Part shown: one piece after another, positions 25,298 to 39,280 of the stretch
Position numbering within the stretch: the stretch's first letter is position 1
How the letters are laid out: each line of letters begins with the position of its first letter
Assembly (NCBI RefSeq): GCF_001949145.1
Contig: NW_019091361.1
Location: 1,329,588 to 1,393,587 of the forward strand
Length of the DNA: 64,000 bases
DNA from: Acanthaster planci
Lineage: Eukaryota
Direction of reading: 5' to 3'
Notes under the pieces: generated by a model
What the model was told of the DNA's origin: nothing
The model's input: the letters and a program-made list of their open reading frames with translations, nothing else
Database searches by the model: none
Made by a program: the position numbers and the translations under genes

Positions 25298-28200
25298 TAC
25301 CATTTGTACATGTAATTCATAAAAAAAAGGTTCTTCAATATATGAAAGTGCAAGGTTATGTGTAAACACATGTACAATTACATTTACCTTTCATTTGCAC
25401 TTTCAAATTTTTGGAAACTTTGTGTTGTTTATGAATTATGAATAACACTGAATTTTCATGTTGATAGCAGCAGGGTCATATTGTATAATTGCCCATCATG
25501 AACAAAGCATCTATTTCATTGTACGTGTACATGTTTTTGATGTACTTGCCAAATTAAAAGATGTCAAAGATGAAATTTTACAAATGACCAGGATATTATA
25601 GATCAACAGGCACAAGTATCCCCTAATCTCGCTGAGGAAACAAATTACACCTAATTTTCTCGGGAATAGGGTATTTCTCCTCTCAAAGCAATCTGCCCAG
25701 TTTCACCTGAAAACACTATATTCCGCATTCCTTGTTTAATGCATGCATGTAGTATGTACATTTGTACCTGTAAACGTGTACGGTCAAGACTGGGAAGCCA
25801 TCTGTCAGATCAAGCAGCCTAACCAAAACTGTGTCACCAAATTAATGAAGCTGAAATGCACGTCATTGATTCATCAACCCAATTGCCAAATTTTCTCCTT
25901 CCGTTTCCTCCCAGAGTCTCATATACCGATAGCATGCCCGACGCAAACATCAGGGTCTCCCAACTTCCCCATCCTTCCATCAAGTCATCTCCAGCAATTT
26001 CTGACCTTTTCTGGTGAGGAGTTATCCGCTTCTCCCCCATTATCTCTAGTTCACTGGATATATGCCGTTGAAGTGCTTCTCAATGAGATCCACTGTGGAA
26101 ACCCTCCCCATCAGAAAGGTCAGCTATCACACGCTGCTGCAGGACAATTCACGCCGACAACTGAAGCAGGAGCAAGACCCGGGGGTCGTCCAAATGCCAC
26201 TGCATTGTTTGCAAATATCAGCATCTAAGCACTGACACTGTGTGGAGCAGGAAATGGGGGGGGAGGGGGAGTGAAGGATATGGACACTTGTGCTGTTACG
26301 GAATCTTCAAAAAAGTTGTTTTGCCAGGTGATAAACAACTGGTTCACATACATGTACCAGTACACTGTTCACATACATGGACCGTACATACCGGTATGTA
26401 CCTGCAGCAAGTTTTGTGCATACAGTTCATGCGTGCTGAAGATTGGCTCTTAAACTACTTGCAGTAGATTTACAATGTATGTCCCTCCTACAATGGAAAC
26501 GCTTGATTGAAGAGATTGTTAGACGGCTGGTTTTTCATCCATCTCTACAGTGAATGCTTTGTATTTAGAGCAGAATTATGTACGAAATGCCATATTCCCA
26601 GTTTGGTTAATAAAGGAAAACATCTTTAGAACAGTGAAGCCGGCAGGAATGTCAAAGTTCTAGGAACAAAAAAAAAATCAGTTTGGGGTATCCTCTTGAA
26701 CAGAACTCAGCTTACAGCAACAAACCTTTTTGTGTATATGTAGTCAAGTGGAGTTGCAAACCAATTTCAACTCCTTTTTACCACCATGCATGTGGTCCTT
26801 AAAATGTTTAAATGAAACTGACCGAAATTCAGATGCTTTCTTTACAGAAGCTAACAGATCCTATCACGGAGTAAATCCCAGGGATGTGGGATATATTACA
26901 CCCCTTACATTTTGACAGGGGGGATGGGCTCTCAAATCATCTCCCAGCTTTTTGTGATGAAAAAAAAAGGGCAGATTTTGATGATTTTTTTTTTTCTTCC
27001 CAATAACTTAAATTTATTCTATATTACCAAAAAGGAGAAGAAGCACAAAAGTTTTAAAAAGCCTGCTTTTAAATGAAGCTACACGGTGCCATGAACAATG
27101 GCCCTGAGTCATGTGGTGCCCATTAATCCCCTCCAACCTTTTCAAATTTTCATGGCGGGGCAACTTTTTGGGGGGATTTTAAGTCATCCTCCTTCTTTGT
27201 ACTTCATCTCTGAACATTCAGATCATTGGCGGGGTAAATTTTTGAAGGTTTAATTTAACAGTTGGAAATACCTGTACTGGTACTGGTGCCTACTCGTAGC
27301 ATACCCGGACTGCACTGTCTGGCATGGGACACGTGCATAAATTTGGTAGGTGCGATGATGAAGCTGACAAAATCAAACGGTGGGTGCACGTACACATGTA
27401 CACTTGGCAAGTAATCACATGTAAAATCATGCCCATGTGTAAATCAATGCCAAAGGAACACCTGTTACAAAGTGTTAGTGTATTGGAAGGTGTCCATCCA
27501 CACCCTGCATGTATGCATTTCAGTTGCATATTGCCAATATGAAACAGGAGTACGATCAGTGATGAGCAGGGTATAACAAAGTGCTGATCGAATGCTGTTT
27601 TTTACTGCGATCTCGTGTTCCTGAAATACATGTAGCTTGTATACATCTGTGCAGCATATATGTACATGTACATACGTCATGACCACACACATGTACATGT
27701 ACATAGTCATGACCACACCATAACCACAAGGTGACACTTAAATCCCACATACGGCACGTTCTCTGCTTCTCATTCTCAGCTTGCCTGGGCAAGTGCGATA
27801 GTATACTCAGCATGCCAACAGTTGCCATGCTGAATCCAAATCAAACTGGATTCTGTGGAGTCAAATCTGCATTTAGTTGACATTTTTCATTTTTTTTGGG
27901 TCAAGTTTTCAGACTGCTACCGGTACTCATGACCACTCTTGAACCTTTCACATTCCCAGGATGAGCAATCTTGAACAATTTACGCCGAGTGACATTCCCT
28001 TTGTGGAGAGCTGTCAATCACCTTGAGGACTTGGCGGGAGACAGATTTTAAAATACAGCCCCTGCAGGGGTTCACAGATCAACCAGCATGACCAGACAGA
28101 ACAAATTTATGACTGTATACCCACCTACAATGTACATGTACATGTAGGTTACAGTGTCACTGCCTGAGGCCTGGTCGTCACAGCATCATGGTGCTGTGTA

Positions 28201-29900
28201 CCACAGTAGGCCTCAGTTTGCTGGGCTCCTTTAATTTTGGATAGCAGAGGAGTCTGAGAATCATTGTTACAGAACAGCATGAGCTGATAATTGCCAACTC
28301 TACTTGTCAGATTTTCTCTTCTTGAAACAAATCAAATAAAGGAAACACATACCGGTACATGTGATTGTAATTCCACACAGAAGTGGAATTGGTCACATGT
28401 TGCTATTACTGACCATGAAACGAAAGAAGTTTTAGTCAAAACATGAAAACAGAAACCAAACACGGAGATAAAGCCATGAAATTTTATTTCCTCTTTTATC
28501 TAAAAAAAAAAAAGCTATTTTGTTTATAAATTTGAGGCTGGTAGCATCCTGACCAATTTCCGCTTTTTTATAGAATTGCCTGAAATTGCCTGAATTTCCC
28601 CGTATCTAATGCAAATGAACTTGGTTCATGATTTGCTAGGTACATACATGTACATGTAACAGGGCCATTCTCCACCAATACAAGCACGTGTACGTAATTG
28701 ATTTTTTCTTTCACCAGCTAATAATACTCAGTCTGCTTTTGCTTTGCCAAATAAATATTATCAATTGTACCAAACATATACCAGTACGTACTGCTGACCG
28801 ACCTACAGCTGCCGGTACAGTGAATGCCTAAACATAAACTGTACAGGTATGCTGCATGTATGCACTGTACTTGTACATGAAAAATGATGTACCGTACATC
28901 ATCTTAACCCTGAATGAGCCAGGTTTTTTGGGGGGAACACATCATGTCAAGTGAGCCCGTCGATTGAAAAATTATGCCTTTTTGGCAATTCAGAAAACTG
29001 GACACTGCGTGCGAACAATGTGTATGATGTTCACAAAATTGATGCCAGAATGACCACAAAATAGAAGGCTTGGTGCACTCTTAAAAGGCATTGAGACATT
29101 ATCAGAAAAATTGTCAAGGAATAATGGATTCCTCCATCTCCCTCTTAAGTGAGTTTGTGCATTTGATCTGGACGTAAATTAAAACCTTCTGCCTAATTCT
29201 TTCAAATCCTCGGATACGGAGGTGTGATACCGTTATTTTTAATGTCCAATGCAGACATTTATACAAATGCACACCTACATGTACATTGTAACTCACAAAC
29301 TCAATGCCGGTATCCTCTTTGCTGGTAAAGAGCACTTGGACCGGAAGCAAAATATTAATTGTCTCATGGCAGGTGCTGGTACAAGCAAAAACACACGCTC
29401 ATCCATCAACATGGAAACACACTTAGGCATATGGAGCATGGTCAAAAATCCCCACTGGGGCAATGAAACAAGCTGAAAATGAATTACGATCAGCAAAGGT
29501 TGGCTGGTGAAGGTGAAAAAAGGAGGTCGTGCCCGCTGTTTCCATTTAGTCTCTCGCCAGCAGCTTTTGATGGCCTTGCCCTTTTTGATGAGCAGTCCTT
29601 ACATGTGTGGATGGTCATGTGCCTCAAAGATTTTCAGTCATTTTTCGGCAATAAAATTTCATTTCAGCTAAGAGCCACTGTACTATTGGAAATGTTTGCC
29701 TGGTAGTAGGTCTGATGAGGTGAACATTGTGGGCTTTTATCATAGACCCATAAATCAAAAAAGAAAGAGTTTAGGTTTAGGATTTGAAGCAAAAGCTCCA
29801 TTTCTTTGGTTGGTAACAACGTGTATTAATTACTGTACATATCCAATAGTTTTTTAATTTAACATGAAAAAAATCTGATTAACATTAAACAGCACACATT

Positions 29901-31101
29901 GATGATGACTGGTTCCTTGAATCTGAGGATCCATGGGAAGGAAGTCGCTGGTACGCTTTCAGGTGACTATGGAGGCCGATCCTATACTATGGAGTGGCAC
30001 GCTATCTGGTACACCTCGGGAACGGCAATGCTTGGATAGTGGGGTTCTGGGCAGACAATGCGTCCTACGTCTACGCTGATTGTCTGCGGCTTCTTTCTTG
30101 GTGTTTTCAAAGGCTCTGACCCTTCTCTTTATCACTGCCTTCCACCAATCTCTATCTCTCGCAAGGGTTTCGCAGCCCTTCGTCGGGATGTTGGCTGCAC
30201 TGAGCTGTAGCTTAAGTTGGTCTATTTTCATGGAGCTCCTCTGTCACGCTTGCCTTGGCGCAGCTCTCCATAGAACACCACTTTGTGTATGACAGGTGTC
30301 CAGCCAAGCGGAGTTGTCTGGTCATAACCATGACCTCCATGCTTGAGATGTTGGCTCACTCAAGGACGCTGATGTTGGTCTCATAGTCCTGCCACTTGAT
30401 GCCCATGATGGATTGAAGGGACCGTTGGTGGAACCATTCCAGGAGCTGCTCTTGTTTCCGGTACAGGACCCAGGCTTCACATCCATACAGGAGAGTAGTG
30501 ACAACTGCAGCTCTGTACAGTATACCATCACCTTTCTTGACAGGAGCAGAGAATGATTCTTCCAGATGCGCTTCTGCAGGCGGCCGAAAGAGCTGCTTGC
30601 TTTGGAGAGCTGGTTGTCGATGCCCTTGATCACGGTTGCATCATTGGAAACGATGCTCCCGAGGTACATGTACATGTAAGTGAAGTGCTCTACGGTGTTG
30701 TGCATTGTTCCATTAATGCTAATACTTGGAAGGATACCACGTGGAGGTTTCTATAGTACAGCACTTCCGTCTTCTTCAAGCTGATGGTAAAGGCCAAAGG
30801 CCTTCGCTGATACTGAAGATTAAAGCGGTTGAAAACTGCCTGAGGGGCTTCCTCATGGTATGCAAGAAGGGCACAGTCATCTGCATAAAGCAATTCCAAG
30901 ATCCGCCAATCAAGTGTTTCAGTGTGGGCAATAACTGTTCTGAGGTTGAAGATGTACTACCATTGGTCTGACATTGCAAACAGATTCCTTCTGTGAGATC
31001 ATCCTTGGCTTCCCAAAGCATCATGCTAAAGAAGATGGCAAACAGCGTACGGGCGATGATGCAGCCTTGCTCGACACCATTGTCAATAGGAAACAGGTCG
31101 G
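29901..31101 (-). mobile_element. Degenerate 5'-truncated RTE-clade LINE (RT domain to 3' end)
   Basis: Frameshifted segments GVEQGC, ELLYADDCAL, ISLKKTEV, HFTY..LGS, KASSSFGRL, LLYGCEAW; ends in a short (CAT)n tail. Confidence 0.9.
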
Positions 31102-31629
31102 CATTGTGGTTTCATTTGCCTCATCTGGCCTTCATGGAGCAGGTGTGTAAACTACACAAAAAGCAGACCGTTTTACGAACTTCACAGTCCATGTCTCAAT
31201 ATTTTTCAATTAATGTTTCAAAATGTAATACAGATACTATACATGTACATTCATGTATGCTTAACAGCTTTTATTTCAAGAACAAACACAGAATAATTGC
31301 AGTTTCATTACAAATACAACTAAACCAAACAAAAACAAGTGAAAGATGTTGTGCTGTTGTTGATTGCTTTTCACTGTTCCAAAGTTCCATGGCAAAGACT
31401 TTGGGCCCGGAAAGCGATTTATGAAGACAATCAAAACTGGTTTTTAAGTTCCTTAAATCACAATGCAGCATGCACAACATAAAGTCATGTCTGCAGTTTT
31501 CATTTCCCAAATCTGAACTACATAAATGTACATGTATTTGCCCTTAACATGTACATGTACATCTGCATATACATGTGTACTACGAAGTGTATGACTAGTC
31601 ATGCTAGTAACAAAAATTTAGAAGCTAGG

Positions 31630-32343
31630 ACCAGAATTCAACCGAAAAATTGATTCATGCCTTTGTTACAACAAGACTTGATTATTGCAATAGTTTGCTT
31701 TTTGGCTTGCCCGAATTTGAATTGAGGAAGTTGCAACTTATTCAAAACTCGGCTTCACGCCTTGTTAAAAGGATTAAAAAATCTGAGCATATCACGCCAA
31801 TTTTAAAAAGTTTGCACTGGCTTCCGGTAAATAAGCGGTTGGAATTTAAAATTGCATGTCTTGTTGATAAGATTATGAAAGGAATAGCTCCAGATTATTT
31901 ATGTGAATTACTTGATGTTCGATTGAATACATGCACGTTGCGCTCGACGACTTCTGGAGTAGTTTGTTTACAACAGCCAATTGGTAAAACTAAATACTAT
32001 GGTGATCGATCTTTCACAATATATGCTCCTTGATTATGGAACAGGCTACCAGAAGCAATTCGCTCTGCTGACACTTTGGATACTTTTAAATCTCGCTTAA
32101 AACACATTTATTTAAGGATTATTACTTATCTTGTACATGTTAGTGTAATATCTTCATTTTATGAATATTTTAATTTAATGTTTATTTTTTTTATTGCTTA
32201 ATTTTTAATTATGTTTTATAACTCCTGTTACTTTGTTTTAATTATTTAAAGTTAATTTAATTTTTGCATTTTATTGTACAGCGCTTTGAGATGTCATTGA
32301 CATGGAAAGCGTTTTTCAAATAATTCATTATTATTATCATTAT
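31630..32343 (+). mobile_element. L2-clade (CR1 group) LINE 3' fragment
   Basis: [17 protein letters not shown]...[14 protein letters not shown]...GDRSF..AP*LWNRLP...FKSRLKTHLF, AT-rich 3' UTR, gtacagcgctttgag...aaagcg end motif and (TTA)n tail. Confidence 0.9.
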
Positions 32344-35300
32344 GCCGTACACACAGTTGCAAGAAATTTTCAGTTCCCCTCCAACAAGAATTTCTTACAG
32401 GGCACAACTGTACATGTACATTTTCATGTACTGTATACACCGAATGTCCAAATTTCAGGCAGACAATCTAGCAACCATCTTGGTTTCCAAACTACATGCA
32501 ACATGCAATGTGTGTCCTGCACAGTAACTTTCATGCTTGGCTCCATTATAAGTTTAATTGTTCCTTGTCATTCTATAAATTGGGGTTGTACTTTTTCTCC
32601 TGTCCCTGTTATATCTGCCAAATGATTTTGTATGTTTAGAACACATTCTTTACTATCCCAAGAGCCGACAAAGTCACGCAAATTATCTGCCAAACAAACA
32701 CAATAACTGAGTTTGAAATCAATCTCAAATGATAGGTCCCCTGTTGAATTACACACGTCAGGTGGAATACGGTACATGCAGCCAAGGACCAAAAAAGGCA
32801 CACTGCTGCACTAAAATTCATAGAATAGGGTTGCTGGCCTAGTTCTGATTGACCACAGCTCCGGTACATTAGACATGAAAGCAGCTAAATTTATCATCAG
32901 AAATGAATTCTTTTGCAGCTGTGGCGAATTGCATTCCCAAAGGACTCTGGTTTCATTCATTTGTAGTATGTAATGGTACATGTACGTCCACCCCCATGAC
33001 TCTTGCTTTAAAATCGTAATTCAAGACGTGAGGATGGGACAAGAGGGGCCTGAAAACCTCAAAAGACAGAACGTCTTTGAAAACCCTCAGCCTACTTTTT
33101 TGACGGGTGCTCATTTACAATGCTATTGAAATATGAACTGCTAGAGTCTTGCCCACTACTTCAAACCCTCTATATGTGCAATGAATACGACGCAGGCCTA
33201 GTGCTGGTACGTTGACTCCGCTTGGACACTGGCTACTAGTGCGTGTGGGAAAATTCACATATGAAATCGTAATTTTTTTGCGTGGTAAACAGTGTGTCTA
33301 AAAAATGGAGCGAGCAAATACTATCAACCTACAGGTACATGTACCTGTCCGTACATGAATATCAGCCAGAGGATGAGAAAATCATGATCTGGTGACAGGA
33401 TAAAAACATCAAGCACATCATGACTATCCTCTTGCTGAAGTTTAAACATTCACACAGTACGAGAAATGTGCGGAGGTAGACCATTTTGAACTTGAACTGG
33501 CCAGCTTGTTGTGGTTGAAGTGTCACTCCATGAGCAAACGTCAAGTGCTAAAAACATGAGGTTGATTTAAGAAACATTGTACAAATATTGCTTAAATGAC
33601 CCTTGCAATTCAGCATTGTTGACACTTGGCTATGCATCAAAAGTAGGGTGCTATATCTTGCCAATTTTGGAAAGTCAAAATTTTCTTTGATGATATGCTT
33701 TAATTTCACTTAATTTCTTTCGGTAAACCAGAGACAGGCCAAAGTAAACACTTGCTTCAATAGCATTGCCGTACAGGTCAGCATCTGCTCTGAAATTGCA
33801 AAGGAAAGCTGAAATGCGCATTTTGTTATTTCGACAATGTCTGATGATTAGACCAGAACATGGCACAAACTCAATTTTGATTGCTCTTGTGTAATTATGC
33901 ACAGCTTAAAAATGAAAAAAGTATAAAATAGTCCAATGCATACTATACATGTACATGTACATGAAGCTGTACATTCATGTCGCATAGGCAAAGAAACAGT
34001 AATGTGTAGAACAGTTACCAGGATGATGGATAAAATTGACATTTGGAATAAAAAAGCAGTACTTATCCATGACAGCATTATCTACCTTTGCACTGGAATG
34101 TTACATTTTTGCACTGAAGTACTATTTTTAACATTAGGAATGTGTATCCCGCTGCATTCAACGCAGACCTACGTATATGTGGGCAATACACGTATTTATG
34201 CATTTCACAACTTCCTGCTATGTATGAGGCAGACGGGGGCATGACTTACAATTTCAAAGGTACACTGTACGTACTTAGGGTGGGACGTTTCCATGCTTAA
34301 TCGTTTAAACATAAAAAGTTCCAAATCTGTTTACAGCTTTTTTCCCAAATGTTTAAACAGAACCACCCTTTTTTGAGGTTTGACATTTTGATTGATGCAA
34401 TCTGACATTCCTTTTTATTGTAAACAGTGCCTGTAAAATGTAATCTGATTTGTAACATTTCTAGTGATTATTTTCCCACTTTTTATTCATTCTCACGGTG
34501 ATTTTTGGTACACAAATAATTATTTTTTATTACTTGGATTTTTCATTCTTGTTACCAAAAGATTTCGTTATACCATTAAATAAAAATCAAGCGCTTCAAT
34601 GGTGTACCTTCGTGCAGCAAATCTTCCATCTTTCTGCCGATCTTGTTCAGAGTGACATGACACAGAATTTCGGGTTGCACTACACCAAATACGCGCCCAT
34701 AGAAAACAGTGTAAAATCAGACCAAAATAGCGCTGCCTGTTGACTCTCGTGAAGAGGTTGGCCTCTGTTCTTTCACTGGAAATTCAAGATTATGGACAGA
34801 AGATCACTTTTCGTTTCAATTTTATGGAGGTTAGCCATTAAAAATAATTTTTATTCGCTTTTCCCTGAAGATACCCCCAAAATAGAAGTAAAACTATGCG
34901 TTCGGCTCTGAATGGAGCTGCCCGCCTCCATCCAATATGGGCCCGCAATTTAGGGCTTTTTGAGAAAGAAATCCCCCGAACTGGATACTATCAGTCCCAA
35001 ATTCGGGATATATAGAAATATTTCTATGATCCCTCCTGATTATTGCATGTCTTATTGTAAAAACCCTGTGGGATCACAAAATATTAATGAGCTCACGCGC
35101 AGAAATACAAATATTTGGTGGAATGCACCCTTCAGGGTTTTTTTCAGTGGATTTTCTGTTGACAACACTTTCTATGGTCATGTGATTATCGGTGAGAGCC
35201 AGCGATTGTCCATGAACGGGTCTGCATTAGCAGTCAGGCTAGCCTGAAAGCAGGGTTTGTCAGGATCACGGTGATGCGTGCATTCCATGTTCCATGTGCA

Positions 35301-35798
35301 GCATTCATGCAACATGAGCGGTTCCAATGTGATGACTCGAACCAAGGTCTCGCAGCAGATTTTTTATTTTTGAAGCGCATTTGGCAGTGGTTTTTGTATC
35401 GGTGTCACAAAAACTTCACAACAAACGTAACATGTAGTGCAATGCACAGTCACAGAGGTATTTTTTTACATAGAAGCCTATCCATTTAGCAAGAAGTAAT
35501 CGGCCTACAAGATAAAATGGTCTTTTGACTTAACTGACTTCCAGTTATCAAGATTTTATTGTACGTCCCCAACCGCATAACTTTTGCATGGCCCCCGCAA
35601 GACAATTAACCAGCCCGCAAAAATGATTAAATCTGAGGACTTAAAATTTGTTTATAATGGTGACACCCTTTTGCACTTTTCTTATATTTATTAGGACTAT
35701 AAGTAGAGTACAGTGGAACCACTGACGCACAGTACTGCTGCTTCAATGCGCAGCACCTTCGTGGTTGGATCGTCAGCGCTGCTGTGCAGCTTATATGC

Positions 35799-36250
35799 TA
35801 GTCCCACTAGTGTGGCACGGACCCTCGCTCCCGCTCCATCCTTAGCCACACATCTGTATATGCAATTTTGTGTCGGCGTGGTGAAATCTTCGGCGCACCC
35901 TCTTTTAATTGTAGGCGCAAATTATTTTGCCCACACAAATGATCCTTAGTCTCTCAGCTTTCCAAAGACCATTATTGAATGATATGTTATTCTGGTATTT
36001 TCCAGTCTTTTTGCCTTTACCCATTCAATCTCACGGTCTCACTCTCACACGCCATCTTTAAGTTAAAATTAGTCTGTTGAACTTTACGTCACTTGACCCC
36101 GGCCCACAGACAGCTGTTCCATGTCAAGAACTCTACCAAAAAAATAAACTTACCTGCACATATCGCTCAGTCCGTGAGACTTCAGTTGTATATTAGATAT
36201 GTCTCGACATGGAACAGCCGTGCCAGGTCCGTGCCACACTAGTGGGGCTA
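35799..36250. mobile_element. Non-autonomous DNA transposon with TAG..CTA termini and 9-bp TSD (AcademH-like or MULE-like)
   Basis: 25-bp TIRs TAGTCCCACTAGTGTGGCACGGACC / GGTCCGTGCCACACTAGTGGGGCTA; CTTATATGC duplicated at 35790-35798 and 36251-36259. Confidence 0.85.
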
Positions 36251-37067
36251 CTTATATGCTGGTGCAGCTTACACAACGACTTTAAATCTTAATTTGCCGA
36301 ATTTCGTGTGCTGCGGCTTAAACACCGGGCGGCTTATATTCCGAAAACTAAGGGGTACATCAAATGTACCGGTACAGGTGTAGGGAATTTCTTCACAAGA
36401 CAAATTGAAGCAACAAGGAGTTCAATGCACTAAAAATCCCCAGAAAAGATGCCTTGCTCAGAAAAGAAACTGAAAAGTAGGAAGCAATCAGGGGTGAGAT
36501 TGAAGGACAATAAAATATCCATGAAATAATCACTCGAGATTTTGAGGAACCCCACAGTACGTACATGTGGGGTCTATGGTATACACTGTACATATTATAT
36601 TTGTTTTTGGTTAAAGGCACCCCTTTCTTGTGTTCTACGTACCAACTTCTATACTTTTAAAACACCTTAAGGGTAAACTCAGGATTTTCAAGATCTAAAG
36701 AGGGATTGTTTGAAATATCCTAAAATCGGGAAAATCTCAGTGAAAAAATCTTGAAATCGGCAAAAAATCCTGACAAACTCACCCATGACATGTACAGTGA
36801 ACATACATTGTACAGTGTGGCATATGTACATGTGTAACGTACTGCATGCACCTAAAAGCCAGTAAGAAATGTAAAACAGATGAATGTGTGTCATGACATT
36901 TTATGCTCTTAATATGTACCATGTTTGTACCATTTGAACACAACAAATGATCCCGAAATTCTGAATCCATATGTTCATATATTGTGCACACGTGTGTCAA
37001 ATGTGGTGGATGGTTTATAGGCACAGCCCATTAGGTTTATAATGTGGATGTACCGTAGACCGCAAGC

Positions 37068-37410
37068 CAGGACTGAAATGCACCAGGACTGAAATGCACC
37101 AGGACTGAAATGCACAAGGACTGAAATGCACAAGGACTGACATGCACCAGGACTGACATGCACCATGCAGGACTGAAATGCACCAGGACTGAAATGCACA
37201 AGGACTGAAATGCACAAGGACTGAAATGCGCCAGGCCTGAAATGCACCAGGACTGAAATGAACCAGGACTGAAATGCACCAGGACTGAAATGCACAAGGA
37301 CTGAAATGCACCAGGACTGAAGTGCACCAGGACTGAAATGCACCAGGACTGAAATGTGCCAGGACTGAAATGCACAAGGACTGAAATGCACCAGGACTGA
37401 AATGCACTAG
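37068..37410. repeat. 16-bp minisatellite, about 21 copies of CAGGACTGAAATGCAC
   Basis: Directly visible tandem array with few substitutions. Confidence 0.95.
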
Positions 37411-39026
37411 GCCAAATGGCATCAATCATCTGTCAAAATATCATGTAAAACAACTGCAGGCTCATATGTACTACCGTACATGTGCATGCATGTCCATGGG
37501 TGTCAATCAGTGAGAGTAGGGGAGATGGTCCCCCATCCCAACTTTTGAAGGTGGGGGTGACACCATATCAATTGTCCCTCCACTTTTTTTCTGGACCCCA
37601 AATACAAAAATGTAGCGGGAGTAGGTCCACATCCGATAAAAAATTACTTGAAACACAAAATACCTCTTGCAAAGCATTTGCTAAAAAAGGACAGAAATCG
37701 CCAAGGATTACACCATAAAACATTTAGAATCCAAAATCCTGGGGCCCTACATGTAATTATGGCTGTTACGGCTTCACACTTTTCACCTGCATTAGTTCTA
37801 ATCAAGGTATATATGTATGCACCCCCCCTCCCACTTTGGAAAAGCGATTAACACCTACAATGCAATCATGCACAGATACGAACAGATGGTCACCCACTTG
37901 ACTGCGGGTCATTCAAATCAAATGCAAGCACCACTAGCAATATATCAATGTTCATAAAGATGTGCAACAAATAAGCTGGAAATATTTGCAAGTACGGAGG
38001 TCTACAGGTACATACATAAACGTACAGTAGACACTCTACCTATATATTTTGCATGTGGAAAATTAGGCTTTGGCGCGGGTACGTCATGCACCCAAGTTAC
38101 ATGTACATTTATAGGACCTAGTTCTATCCTTCCAGCTTTATGTACATGAATTTTGAGAATCTGTACAGCACTATTATCTTGAAAACAAAACCAAAACTGT
38201 CTCCATGCACAACAAATCCAATGAAATCCAACCTATGCAATCACTGTACATGTATGGCTCCGAGCCGATCCTTAATACCAGTACACCTATGTCATGCCAA
38301 ACTTGCCAGTTAAGCTCCTTACAGTGTCTGCACAGTGCTACCTTCCAGGTAACCTTATTGGCCCAATCTAGATCTAGTTCTGCCCTAGCTGGACCACACT
38401 TAACACATGCTGCTCATCACGAGGTCACCAAACTAATATACTCCTGGCCAATGAGAACAATATATGCCTTGTCAGAGGTGGAACTTGATTTGTGCCTGCA
38501 GTGGGATTCAATACTACAACATTCTTGCGGTCCTATGACCATATAACTCCAAATCACTCTCCCCAAACCACAACTTACATCTACAAAGCTAGGTTTAAAT
38601 GGTACATATGGCATGTGACGTCGAGCTTTACAAAAGGTGACCTGGTGACCAGCATTCTTGAGGTCACAAGTGCCTGCAGGCCACATCAAGATGTCTAGTC
38701 ATCTTGAGGCTAAAAGTTGAGCAGAAAAAGACCAAGGAATTATGTGTGACACAAAGCAAGCCCAGTACAGGAAAAGCTATCTTTTTTTCCCTAAGTTTTC
38801 TAGACTTGATCATGAGTTACACTCTATAAAGACAGACGAGGCATGTCAATATGGGACAACGGTAATCTATGCACTGATCTAAACTGGTGAGCCACCTGGT
38901 TGCAAACATTTGATCCCATCACAAGAAAGGACGACAACAATTGGATGTGCCCTGAGCATGCAAATACATAATTTACATTTTCATGTGGGTCCATGCAGGG
39001 CAAAATGGAAGTTTAACATGGCCCAC

Positions 39027-39280
39027 CTGTTGAGAAATACTGAGTTAACATCCTCGTGGGAGATGAGAGGTTTCTTGGAGCTGGCGGCCATTTTGAGGGG
39101 CCGTAGGAAGCAGGAGACTAGCGTTGACAACTGCTCCACGTACTCCCGCTCGCACTCCACCATGCCAAAGACGATGCTATTACGCTTGCGCATGCTCTCA
39201 GCATGCGGCGAGCGGATGTAGTCCTGAACGATGGCCTTCCAGCGACGTCGGCAAAGCCAGCCCCGGATAAAGCTCTGGAC
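39027..39280 (-). CDS. RASGRF: RasGRF exon: IQ motif and start of DH domain
   Basis: [51 protein letters not shown]...[13 protein letters not shown]...VFLN; 254 nt, phase 0 to 2. Confidence 0.96.

Noticed and set aside
25743..26228. 161-aa plus-strand ORF, the longest on that strand
   Set aside because: No recognisable domain or supporting exon structure.
34255..35135. Probable decayed transposon-like segment
   Set aside because: Termini and TSD could not be defined and there is no second copy in the window.
36975..37429. Three 130-138-aa ORFs and a CRISPR-like appearance
   Set aside because: Pure tandem 16-mer with no unique spacers; the ORFs are repeat artefacts.
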